Below are positions 39,891 to 49,075 of a stretch of 64,000 bases of DNA, piece after piece (the stretch's first letter is position 1; the number at the start of each line of letters is the position of its first letter). The notes beneath the pieces are model-generated. The model was given only the letters and a program-made list of their open reading frames with translations, was not told the DNA's origin and did not search any database. The position numbers were made by a program, and so were the translations under genes. Source of the DNA: Clostridia bacterium. Its GTDB lineage: Bacteria; Bacillota; Clostridia; Christensenellales; CAG-138. Location: positions 5,176 to 69,175 of the forward strand of contig JAZUMK010000012.1 in NCBI GenBank assembly GCA_045603585.1, in the 5' to 3' direction.

Positions 39891-41102
39891 ATGTTTGATC
39901 CCAAACTTTGCAAAGGCGCAGATATCTCCACCACCTATGCGGGCATAAAGCTCCGCTCCCCCTTCATCCTCAGTTCCGGCCCGCTGGGCTACGGTTCTGA
40001 AGGCCTTATCAGGGCACACAAGGCCGGCTGCGGCGCAGTTGTCACCAAGACCCTCCGCCTCAACAGGGCTATCAACCCCGCCCACCACATCGGCACCATG
40101 GGCCCCAATTCCCTGATAAACTGCGAAAAATGGGCTGACTCCGACAGGCTTCAGTGGTATGAAAAGGAAATCCCCGAAGCCAAAGCCGCAGGCGCAGTGG
40201 TCATCGCATCCGTTGGCCATACTCCCGCCGAAGCCGAAGCGATCGTCGCCGATGCCGAAAAGGCAGGCGCAGATATGCTGGAGCTGGTATCCTATACCGA
40301 GGACACCCTGCTGCCCATGCTCCGCATTGCAAAGAAAAAGGTTAATATTCCTGTTATCTGCAAGCTTTCCGCCAACTGGCCTGATCCTGTTTCCGCAGGT
40401 ATCCGCTGCATGCAGGAAGGCGCAGATGCCCTTTGCGCCATTGACTCCATAGGCCCCGGCCTCAAGATCGATATCAAGAACGCCCGCCCCGAGCTGATGG
40501 GCGCTGACGGCTGCGGCTGGATAAGCGGCGGCGCAATCAAGCCCCAGTCCATGTACATCAACGCTGCCCTTTCCCGCAAGATACCTAACCTTGACATATA
40601 CGGCTCCGGCGGATGCATGAGCGCTGCTGATGCAGTTGAGTTCATCATGGCAGGCTGCCGCGGCGTGGGCTACTGCTCCGCAGGTATCCTCTACGGTATG
40701 GATTATGTGGAAAAGATGTGCTATGAGCTTTCCGCTCTGCTGGCAAAGCTGGGCTATACAAGCCTTGAAGAAGCCAGAGGCGCCGCTCTCGGCAGCTTCC
40801 CCGACAGAGACCTGGTTACCAGGCTGGCATTCGAATACCGTCCCGATGCAGACCCCGCCACCGGCTTCAAGGGCTGCACTCACTGCAACCGCTGCGTAAA
40901 GGCCTGTTGCTATGAGGCAAGAAAGCTGGATGAAACCGGCATGCACGTGGATGCAGACCTGTGCCGCGACTGCGGCGTATGCGTAAGCATCTGCCCCACC
41001 GGTGCTCTCACCGCAACCATGCTGCCCCAGTCCCAGACTGATCTGGACAGGGTTGCCGAAGCAGCTGCCTTTGACGAATACGTAAAGAAGATCAACAGCT
41101 GA
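39891..41102 (+). CDS. Dihydropyrimidine dehydrogenase PreA-like FMN protein with two C-terminal [4Fe-4S] motifs
   Basis: SPFILSSGP, VVTKT, SGGAIKP, GSGG; C-terminal CxxCxxCxxxC twice. The NxSCP loop is absent. Confidence 0.8.
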   Translation: MFDPKLCKGADISTTYAGIKLRSPFILSSGPLGYGSEGLIRAHKAGCGAVVTKTLRLNRAINPAHHIGTMGPNSLINCEKWADSDRLQWYEKEIPEAKAAGAVVIASVGHTPAEAEAIVADAEKAGADMLELVSYTEDTLLPMLRIAKKKVNIPVICKLSANWPDPVSAGIRCMQEGADALCAIDSIGPGLKIDIKNARPELMGADGCGWISGGAIKPQSMYINAALSRKIPNLDIYGSGGCMSAADAVEFIMAGCRGVGYCSAGILYGMDYVEKMCYELSALLAKLGYTSLEEARGAALGSFPDRDLVTRLAFEYRPDADPATGFKGCTHCNRCVKACCYEARKLDETGMHVDADLCRDCGVCVSICPTGALTATMLPQSQTDLDRVAEAAAFDEYVKKINS

Positions 41103-41127
41103 TGCAGTGACTGAAAGGAAGGTAAAT

Positions 41128-42072
41128 ATGTCTCTTCCCCTCCAAGCAATCCAAGCCCGTTGTTCCAGAATACTCAACGACCTTAACGATAACGCCTGCG
41201 CGTACGGCATCGAAGTTTCTTCGATGCCCTGCGGCGCAAAGCTTATGGATGCAGGCATCAATGCTATCGGATCCTATCAGGCAGGCGCTCTGGTAACAGA
41301 ACTCTGTCAGGGTGGTCTGGCTTCCGCATCCATACGCCCCCAGAATCTGGGCAAGCTTCTTCTTCCCCACATCTTTGTAGAAACCTATATCCCCCGCTGC
41401 GCAAATCTCGTTCTGCAGTCTGCACGTCCCTTTGAGGGCGAAATGATATCCGGTCCCATAAAGATGTTCCTGGAAAATGATGTTCCCGATCCCGCCGAAT
41501 GCAGCGCAGCCCTTACCGCTGTTCTGCAGTGCGATAAGTTCCCCTCTGATGAGTGGACAGTAAGCCTCGCAAAGGCCGCAGGCTGCGAACCCGCTCAGCT
41601 TACCCTGGTAGCGGTTCCTCAGGGAAGTGCCGCAGGCAGCACCCAGATCGCAGGCCGCATGAATGAAAACATGCTCTTCACCATGGAAAACTCCCTTGGC
41701 TATGATTCCTCCATGGTTCGCCACATACTGGGCTACTGCCCCATCGGCCCCTACGGCCCCGCTCCCGAAGGCAAGCATCTCCTGCTTCCCGATGACTATC
41801 TCCACTATGCTTCCGGCGCATGCCTTACCATAGACGCCCCCGAGGGACTGGATATCCAGAAGCTGGCCGACGATCTGGCCTTCAATTCCCTCAGCATTTA
41901 CGGCAAGCTGTTCTATGAGCTGCTGGAGCAGGCCGGCTGGGACTTCTTCAAGATCCCCGATGTTATGCACATCAACAAGCTGGCTGAAGTAACCATATGC
42001 GACATCCGCTCCGGCAAAACCGCCGTTGCAGGATGCAAAGATACCGAAATACTCACAAATCAACTTGTATAA
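41128..42072 (+). CDS. Methenyl-H4MPT cyclohydrolase (Mch) homologue 1
   Basis: GAKLMDAGI..GS..AG..TELCQGGL, SGP, P.GSAAGSTQIAGRMNE, YGKLF...AGWDFFKI, EVTICDIRSGK; Mch-like length of about 315 aa. Confidence 0.8.
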   Translation: MSLPLQAIQARCSRILNDLNDNACAYGIEVSSMPCGAKLMDAGINAIGSYQAGALVTELCQGGLASASIRPQNLGKLLLPHIFVETYIPRCANLVLQSARPFEGEMISGPIKMFLENDVPDPAECSAALTAVLQCDKFPSDEWTVSLAKAAGCEPAQLTLVAVPQGSAAGSTQIAGRMNENMLFTMENSLGYDSSMVRHILGYCPIGPYGPAPEGKHLLLPDDYLHYASGACLTIDAPEGLDIQKLADDLAFNSLSIYGKLFYELLEQAGWDFFKIPDVMHINKLAEVTICDIRSGKTAVAGCKDTEILTNQLV

Positions 42073-42090
42073 TTCGAAGGAGGACTCACA

Positions 42091-43179
42091 ATGAAGCGCA
42101 GATTCCTTATCATCACCCTGGTACTCGCCCTCGTACTGACCGCAGTAGGCTGCGGCAGCTCCACCCCTGCTGCTGACGATTCCGGCAGCGGCGAAGGCGG
42201 CTATGCCGATTTCCAGACCGCTATCATGCTGCCCGGTATTGAAGGCGAAAACGCCATCTTCCAGATGATTGCCAGCGGCATCCGCGATGCCTGTGCTGAT
42301 CTTGGCGCTCCCGAACCCAAGGTAGTTGAAGGCGGCGACCAGTGGACCAGCTACGGTAAGTACCTCACCAGCCTTGCCGCTGCAGGTATCTACGACGTAA
42401 TCTTCACCACCACCGACGTTATGCGCTATTGCGTAAACGACACTCTGAAAGTTTATCCCGATCAGAAGATCGTTCTGGTAGACGCAGACCTGCTGAACTA
42501 TGAGTCCAAGTTCGACGGCGGCAAGATCCCCGATACCGTATGGGGCATTTCCTTCGATATGTATCAGCTGGGCTACCTCGGCGGCCACTTCTGCGCTCTC
42601 GTTACCCAGAGCGACATGGAACGCGCCAATCCCGACCTGAAGGTTGGCCTTGTAACCACCGACATTTACGATGCATGGGACGTTGACCTTAAGACCGGCT
42701 TCACCAACGGCGTTAAGGACGTAAACCCCGATATCGAGATCATCACTTCCGTAATCGGCGACTGGGTAGACCCCGCTAAGGGAGCTGCCGTTACCCGCGC
42801 CCTCATCGCTCAGGGTGTTGACATCGTTTACTACACCAGCGGCGCATCCGCATACGGCTGCGTAACCGAAGCCGAAGCCCAGAACTGCTACGCTATCCCC
42901 CACGACAACAACTCCATCTCCCTGGCTCCCGGCACCATCATCGGCGCTTCTCTGGTTCAGGGCTATGATGCAGCTTACAGTGCCGCCAAGGGCGCAATCG
43001 AAGGCACTCTGGAATACGGCACCGGCCGCAGGGCAGGCGTAGCTGAAGACGTAATCGCCTTCACCACCGATGATCCCACTTACCTCGAAACCGTTTCCGA
43101 AGACATCCGTGCCGCCATGGATGCCGCTCTCCAGGGCCTTGCCGATGGCAGCATCGATGCCCGCAGACCCATTGCATAA
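42091..43179 (+). CDS. BMP-family (nucleoside-type) ABC substrate-binding lipoprotein
   Basis: Lipobox AVGC; GYLGG, GFTNGVKDVNPD, GDWVDPAKG, QGVDIVY. Confidence 0.85.
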   Translation: MKRRFLIITLVLALVLTAVGCGSSTPAADDSGSGEGGYADFQTAIMLPGIEGENAIFQMIASGIRDACADLGAPEPKVVEGGDQWTSYGKYLTSLAAAGIYDVIFTTTDVMRYCVNDTLKVYPDQKIVLVDADLLNYESKFDGGKIPDTVWGISFDMYQLGYLGGHFCALVTQSDMERANPDLKVGLVTTDIYDAWDVDLKTGFTNGVKDVNPDIEIITSVIGDWVDPAKGAAVTRALIAQGVDIVYYTSGASAYGCVTEAEAQNCYAIPHDNNSISLAPGTIIGASLVQGYDAAYSAAKGAIEGTLEYGTGRRAGVAEDVIAFTTDDPTYLETVSEDIRAAMDAALQGLADGSIDARRPIA

Positions 43180-43220
43180 TTTAACTCCCTACCAAACCGC
43201 TATTTAAAAGGAGACATTAT

Positions 43221-44789
43221 ATGTCCGATTATTTGTGCATGCGGGGCATCACAAAGACCTATCAGGCCTATGGCCGTGAGGTCCGTGCCCTGAAAAACGT
43301 GGATTTCTCCGTTCGCCGCGGCACTGTACACGGTTTGCTGGGCGAAAACGGTGCAGGTAAATCCACCCTTATGAAAATACTGTCCGGCGTAGAGCGCATG
43401 GACAGCGGTACCGTCACCTTCAACGGCCAGGAAGTAACCCTGGGCAATGCCATGCAGGCTCAGAAGCTGGGCATCGGCATGGTTCATCAGCACTTCTCCC
43501 TCATCGATGACTATACCGTTGCAGAAAACGTGGTTCTGGGCATGGAGCCCACCAAGAAGCTCGGTTTCGTTGACCTTAAAGCTCAGCGTGCGGCCGCCGA
43601 AGAAGCTGCAAGACAGTGCGGCTTCACCATCGACCTGGACCGCAAGGTAGGCACGCTCTCCATGGGTGAACGCCAGAAGGTTGAGATCATGCGCGTCGTA
43701 TTCAGCAAGGCCGACCTGCTGATATTCGACGAGCCCACTTCCGTTCTGGTAGAGCAGGAGATCCAGGGCCTGCTGGACACCATCAGGCTGCTCAAGGAAA
43801 ACGGAAAGACCATCATTTACATCAGCCACAAGGTTGAAGAGGTTATTTCCATAACCGACGATCTGACTGTTCTTCGCGACGGCGAGTCCGTCCGTACCGA
43901 CAAGACCGCCGCAGTTGACGCTGCTGAGATCATCCGCATGATGGTAGGCCAGACCCTTTCCCTCCATCTGGATAAGACTCCCGCCAACCCCGGCAACATC
44001 GTTCTTCAGGCCAATAACCTCTGGGTCAAGAACGGCCTGCTGGATGCGGTAAAGCACGTAAGCTTTACCGTCCGCTCCGGCGAAATCGTAGCCATTGCCG
44101 GTATAAACGGCAACGGCCAGCCCGAGCTTCTGGAAGTTCTCTTCGGTCTGCGCAAGGCCGATAAGGGCAGCATCCGCCTGATGGGCAAGGATATCACCAA
44201 CCTTACCCCCCAGAAGCGCAGAGATGCAGGCATGAGCTATGTTCCCGAAGACCGTATCCACGTGGGTTCCTGCGCCACTGCCAGCGTATCCGAAAACCTG
44301 CTGGTAGACCGCCGCAGCAAGGAGCCTTACAGCAAGCACGGCTTCCTCAAGGCAAAGCCTCTGTCTGACCTCAGCAAGCAGCTCATAGACCAGTACAGCA
44401 TCAAGGTAAGCGGTGAAAACCACATCGTCGGCGCTCTTTCCGGCGGTCACATTCAGCGCACCATACTGGCTCGCGAGCTTTCTGCCAACCCCAAGGTGCT
44501 GCTGGCAAGCGAAGTTACCATGGGTCTTGACGTTCTGAGCACCCGCTACGTCCACGAGACCATGCTGCAGCTCAGGGATCAGGGTCTTGGCATACTGCTG
44601 GTATCCAGTAATATCAACGAGATCCTTGCTCTGGCTGACAGGATCCTGGTCATCCATGACGGCGCCCTCACCGCCTCCTTTGTAAACGATGACATGATAA
44701 CCCGTGAGGAAATCGGCGAATATATGCTCGGTATTAAGTTCATGACTGAACTTACCCGCGGATCGGAGGATGACGATGCAGCGGTCTAA
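43221..44789 (+). CDS. Nucleoside ABC ATP-binding protein (NupA/YufO-like)
   Basis: GENGAGKST, GMVHQHF, FDEPT, VPEDR, LSGG. Confidence 0.9.
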   Translation: MSDYLCMRGITKTYQAYGREVRALKNVDFSVRRGTVHGLLGENGAGKSTLMKILSGVERMDSGTVTFNGQEVTLGNAMQAQKLGIGMVHQHFSLIDDYTVAENVVLGMEPTKKLGFVDLKAQRAAAEEAARQCGFTIDLDRKVGTLSMGERQKVEIMRVVFSKADLLIFDEPTSVLVEQEIQGLLDTIRLLKENGKTIIYISHKVEEVISITDDLTVLRDGESVRTDKTAAVDAAEIIRMMVGQTLSLHLDKTPANPGNIVLQANNLWVKNGLLDAVKHVSFTVRSGEIVAIAGINGNGQPELLEVLFGLRKADKGSIRLMGKDITNLTPQKRRDAGMSYVPEDRIHVGSCATASVSENLLVDRRSKEPYSKHGFLKAKPLSDLSKQLIDQYSIKVSGENHIVGALSGGHIQRTILARELSANPKVLLASEVTMGLDVLSTRYVHETMLQLRDQGLGILLVSSNINEILALADRILVIHDGALTASFVNDDMITREEIGEYMLGIKFMTELTRGSEDDDAAV

Positions 44790-45855
44790 ACAAACTCTTT
44801 TTCAGCTGTTGGTAATACTGTCCGGCCTTATAATGGCAGTAGTGGTTATACTGCTCTGCTCCAGTGAGCCCGGCATTGCCCTCAAGTTCTTTTTCACCGG
44901 CCCCTTCTCCAGCCAGTTCTTCCTTGGCGACATGATCAACACCGCGGTGCCTCTCATCATCTGCGGTCTTGCGGCAAGCGTATCCTTTACCGCTTCCGTA
45001 TGGAACCTGGGTCTTGAAGGCATGGTTTATTTCGGCATGCTCACCGGCACCATGGCCGGCGTATGGATGGAAGGCTGGCCCGCAGCCGTTGCGATCCCCC
45101 TGATGTTTGTCGCAGCCTTCGTTGGCGGCGCAGCACTTTCTCTGCTGTGCAATTTCTTCCGCCGCCGCTTCAACGTAGATATCATGATGAGCTCCCTCAT
45201 GATCGCAAACGTGATATTCTACCTTGTCATGATGCTGGTCGAAGGCCCCTTCAGGGATATGGATTCCGGTCAGGGCGTTACCACTGCCATGATCCCCGAA
45301 GCATTCCAGTTCCCCAATCTGCTGGCTGCTTCCGAGCTGAATGCAACCCTATTCATAGCCATTGCCCTTACGGCCATCATGTACTTCTGTCTGCGCCGCA
45401 CCAAGGTTGGCTATGAGATCCGCATAACCGGCGAAAACCCCTCCTTTGCCGCTTACGGCGGAATCAGCACCCTTGCTGTTGCAAGCCTTGCTATGATCCT
45501 CTCCGGCGGTCTGGGCGGCGTTGGCGGCCTCAGCTATGTACTGTGCACCTCCAATCGCGTCCGCAATCAGCTTTGCGGTATCGGCTGGAGCGGCCTTTCC
45601 ATCGCAATGATCAGCCGCAACAACCCCCTGCTGGTGCTGCCTGTATCCCTGTTCTTCGCCTATCTTACCAAGGGCGCTGAATGTGCGGCCCTCTTTGCCG
45701 ACATCACCCCCGACGTGGCGCAGATCATCCAGGGCGCGATCCTGCTGCTGGTTACCAGCGAAAAGCTCATCAGCACCCTTTCCGGCAGCAACAGGAAAAA
45801 GAAAAAGGCCGCTGTTAAGCCCAAGGCCGAAGAAACCAAGGAGGTGGCAGAGTAA
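44770..45855 (+). CDS. Nucleoside ABC permease (NupB/YufP-like)
   Basis: PLIICGL..WNLGLEG, GYEIRITGENP. Confidence 0.87.
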   Translation: MTMQRSKQTLFQLLVILSGLIMAVVVILLCSSEPGIALKFFFTGPFSSQFFLGDMINTAVPLIICGLAASVSFTASVWNLGLEGMVYFGMLTGTMAGVWMEGWPAAVAIPLMFVAAFVGGAALSLLCNFFRRRFNVDIMMSSLMIANVIFYLVMMLVEGPFRDMDSGQGVTTAMIPEAFQFPNLLAASELNATLFIAIALTAIMYFCLRRTKVGYEIRITGENPSFAAYGGISTLAVASLAMILSGGLGGVGGLSYVLCTSNRVRNQLCGIGWSGLSIAMISRNNPLLVLPVSLFFAYLTKGAECAALFADITPDVAQIIQGAILLLVTSEKLISTLSGSNRKKKKAAVKPKAEETKEVAE

Positions 45856-46772
45856 TGAACGAATTCATCGGTGGCGCTCTTTATACCATCATTGCCTATG
45901 GCACCCCTTTGATCCTGTGCTCTCTGGGCGGACTGATGACCGGCCTTTCCGGCCGCTTCAATCTGGGTATGGAAGGTATGATGCTTTTCTCTGCCTTCTT
46001 CTCCCTCTATTTTGCAAACCTGTTCAACAACCTTATTCTGGGTCTGGTTATCGGCGTGCTGATCACCGTACTCATCGGCCTGTTCATGGCCTTCATGAGC
46101 CTCAGGTTTGATGTTGACATTTACATCGTAGGTATGGCCATCAATACCCTCGGTACCGGCCTTACCACCTTCCTGATTTTCCTGCTTACCGGCGCTCAGG
46201 GTTCCATTATCTACCCTGATGCTCCCCGGCTGGAAAATCTTACCACCCCCATTATCTCCAACATACCCTACCTCAACCAGATACTCAGCAACCACACGGT
46301 TCTTGATTATCTCACCATAGTTCTGGTAATCGTCATGTACGCCGTCATCTTCAAGACCGCTTACGGACGCAGGCTCAGGGCTGTGGGTATGAGCGAATGG
46401 GTAGCCTCTGCCCGCGGTATATCCGTTGACCGTATGATCTACTCCTCCTATGCTCTGTGCGGCCTGTTCTGCGGCCTTGCCGGCGCATCCCTGTCCCTCT
46501 CTCAGGGCATTTTCGTAGGCGGTTTCACCGGAATGACCAACGGCCGCGGCTGGCTGGCCATGGCTCTGGTAATAGTTGCCCAAAACAACCCTTACACCAT
46601 TCTGGTGTTCTCCTGGGCGCTGGGCCTGCTTTCCGCCCTTGGCGATATTCTCCAGACCACCGGCAATTTCTCTGCCCGCGTGGTTCAGATGCTTCCCTTC
46701 TTTGGCGCCCTTGCAGCAGCTGCAATTTACTCCCTGCGCATGGCCCGCAAAGAAAAATCCACCAAGATTTAA
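45855..46772 (+). CDS. Nucleoside ABC permease (NupC/YufQ-like)
   Basis: TPLILCSLGG..SGRFNLGMEG, GMTNGRGWLAMA. Confidence 0.87.
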   Translation: MNEFIGGALYTIIAYGTPLILCSLGGLMTGLSGRFNLGMEGMMLFSAFFSLYFANLFNNLILGLVIGVLITVLIGLFMAFMSLRFDVDIYIVGMAINTLGTGLTTFLIFLLTGAQGSIIYPDAPRLENLTTPIISNIPYLNQILSNHTVLDYLTIVLVIVMYAVIFKTAYGRRLRAVGMSEWVASARGISVDRMIYSSYALCGLFCGLAGASLSLSQGIFVGGFTGMTNGRGWLAMALVIVAQNNPYTILVFSWALGLLSALGDILQTTGNFSARVVQMLPFFGALAAAAIYSLRMARKEKSTKI

Positions 46773-46791
46773 TGAATAGAGGGCTAACCCT

Positions 46792-48102
46792 ATGACATTA
46801 TTGATTCAGAATATCAGTTACCTCATAGTAAACTCCGGCACAGTGCTGAAGGATGTTGATCTGCTTATTGAAAACGGCCGCATCTCCTCCTTCGGCAAGG
46901 ACCTGAAGGTTCCTGCCGATGCAGAAATCGTAGACGGCAGCGGTCAGGCCATTATGCCCGGCTTTGTAAATGCTCACACCCATCTGTGGCAGATGACCAT
47001 CAAGGGAAGGCGGGATGATCTTCCCCTGAGCACCTGGTGCGACGAAGTTCTTACCCCCACCATCAACGCCCTCTATGCAGAAGAGGATCCCGCAGTTAAG
47101 GAGCGCCGCAGCTATCTGTGGACCGCTCTGGGCATCTGCGACATGCTCCACAGCGGCGTAACCGCATTTGTGGATATGGACCTTAACTACCGTCAGGACG
47201 GTATGTTCAAGGCCGCAGAGGATGCCGGTATCCGCGGTTTCTTCGGCATTGAGCTTGCAGATTACTTCATGGACGGCTCCATCAACAGCGATGCTCTGGA
47301 AGTGGTAAGGCTGATCAACGACCATCCCGGCCAGTGCGTACTCACCCCCTCCGAGCTGAATATCTGCACCGATGACACTCTGTCCTTTGTGGCAGAAGCG
47401 GCAAGGGGCAACAACGTTCACGTTCAGATCCACGTGGACGAGACCGAAGCCGAGGCCAAGCAGTCCGTTGCCCAGCGCGGCGCAGCTGAGCTGCTGTACC
47501 TTGATAAATTCGGTCTGCTGGACGGCAGCTTCTCCGCTGTACACGGCATCCACCTCTCCAAGAAGGAAATGGAGCTTGCCGCAAAGAAGGACATCACCGT
47601 TGTTTACAATCCCAAGAGCAACATGAAGCTTGGCAGCGGCGTATGCCCCATCAGGGAGCTGCTTGATGCCGGCATCAACGTGGCTCTGGCCACCGACGGC
47701 CCCGCATCCAACGACATACTGGATATGTTCGAAGAAATGCGTATGGGCGCAATGCTCCAGAAGGTATCCGCAAAGGACGCTTCCGCCGTTCTTGCAAAGG
47801 ATGTATTTGACATGGCCACCGCAGGCGGCGCACACATGCTCAACATCGATGCAGGCAGCCTGGAAGCCGGCCGCTATGCCGACTTTATCGTTATCCCCAT
47901 GGATAAGCCCAACCTTATCAGCGATGGCAGCGACCTGATCAGCACCATCGTATACTGCGCTCAGTCCCGCGACGTTAAGGACGTATACATCGGCGGTAAG
48001 CCCGTTGTAAAGGACTACAACATTGTAAACCTTGACGAAGCTGCCCTTACCGCAGAATTCATGAAGCACATGGCAGCTATTAAGGAGGTTACCAATGTTT
48101 AG
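46792..48102 (+). CDS. Amidohydrolase (MTA/SAH deaminase-like), copy 2
   Basis: PGFVNAHTH, SGVT, HVDET, VHGIH, NPKSNMKLGSG, ATDGPASN. Confidence 0.87.
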   Translation: MTLLIQNISYLIVNSGTVLKDVDLLIENGRISSFGKDLKVPADAEIVDGSGQAIMPGFVNAHTHLWQMTIKGRRDDLPLSTWCDEVLTPTINALYAEEDPAVKERRSYLWTALGICDMLHSGVTAFVDMDLNYRQDGMFKAAEDAGIRGFFGIELADYFMDGSINSDALEVVRLINDHPGQCVLTPSELNICTDDTLSFVAEAARGNNVHVQIHVDETEAEAKQSVAQRGAAELLYLDKFGLLDGSFSAVHGIHLSKKEMELAAKKDITVVYNPKSNMKLGSGVCPIRELLDAGINVALATDGPASNDILDMFEEMRMGAMLQKVSAKDASAVLAKDVFDMATAGGAHMLNIDAGSLEAGRYADFIVIPMDKPNLISDGSDLISTIVYCAQSRDVKDVYIGGKPVVKDYNIVNLDEAALTAEFMKHMAAIKEVTNV

Positions 48103-49063
48103 TCTAAGCCAGCAGACCGTAGAACTTATCGAAAAAGAAATACGCCCCCGTCTGTGGGAGCTCAACTGCGAAGAACACCGTCTGGAAAGCGGCGCCCTGG
48201 TAATCGATATGGGCGTTAACGTTCCCGGCAGCTGGGAAGCAGGCAGGCTGTTTACTCTGGTTACCCTTGGCGCTCAGGGCGAAGTGACCTTCGGCACCAT
48301 GCAGGTAGGCGATCATGAGATCCCCAGCGTAAACGTATATCTCGCCCGTCCCCATGAGGCAGCGCTTTCCGCCCAGTTCTCCGCATGGAAGGTTGCCCCC
48401 TCCGGCGAATACAATCTGCCCGGCTTCGCATCCGGTCCTGCCCGCGCCATCTCTTACGATGACAGCATTGCAAGGATGTGGCCCTATCGGGACAAATACG
48501 AAAAGACGGTTCTTGCAGTACAGACCGCAGAACTGCCCGGCGAAGAGCTGGTTGCAGACGTTGTTGCAAAGTGCGGCGTAAAGCCCGAAAACGTATACCT
48601 GCTGGCAGCAAAGACCGGCAGCCTTGTAGGCGGTATTCAGATCGCCGCCCGTATGGCAGAGGTTTCCCTGTGGGGTCTTGGCTTCTTTGGCTTCCCCCTC
48701 GAGAAGGTTCTCTCCTTCAGCGGCAGCGGCGCTGTTCCTCCCGTGATCAGCGATGAGCTGATCGCTATGGACAGAGTAAACAGCTCTACCCTGTACGGCT
48801 CTGTTGCAAGGTATGTTGTGGATTGCGACGATGATGAGATCCATGCCGTGATCCCCCGCCTGGCCTGCGCCAATACCGCTCACTACGGCAAGACCTTTGC
48901 CGAGCTTTACGATGCGGCTGACAGGGATATCTTCAAGATGGATCTGGATGTGCATAAGGTATCCGTGATCGAGATCACCAACCTGCGCACCGGACGCACC
49001 TTCAAACAGGGCAATATCTGCCCCGAAATGCTGCTCAAGAGCTTTTACGAAAATACTCTTTAA
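48095..49063 (+). CDS. Methenyl-H4MPT cyclohydrolase (Mch) homologue 2
   Basis: GALVIDMGV..GSWEAG, Q..AW, SGPARA, TGSLVGGIQIAARMAE, AMDRVN..LYG, YGKTF...DIFKMD, TGRTF. Confidence 0.85.
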   Translation: MFSLSQQTVELIEKEIRPRLWELNCEEHRLESGALVIDMGVNVPGSWEAGRLFTLVTLGAQGEVTFGTMQVGDHEIPSVNVYLARPHEAALSAQFSAWKVAPSGEYNLPGFASGPARAISYDDSIARMWPYRDKYEKTVLAVQTAELPGEELVADVVAKCGVKPENVYLLAAKTGSLVGGIQIAARMAEVSLWGLGFFGFPLEKVLSFSGSGAVPPVISDELIAMDRVNSSTLYGSVARYVVDCDDDEIHAVIPRLACANTAHYGKTFAELYDAADRDIFKMDLDVHKVSVIEITNLRTGRTFKQGNICPEMLLKSFYENTL

Positions 49064-49075
49064 AGGGTGATTTTT

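Noticed and set aside
41100-41113. Selenocysteine read-through at TGA stops in the island
   Set aside because: The TGA falls at the natural C-terminus and another in-frame stop follows within a few codons. No truncated catalytic motif requires Sec.
41128-49063. Methanogenesis or methylotrophy, or archaeal contamination, suggested by the mch genes
   Set aside because: No ftr, mtd, fae, fwd/fhc or H4MPT synthesis genes are present. The genes are tightly packed among Firmicute-type neighbours and share their codon style.
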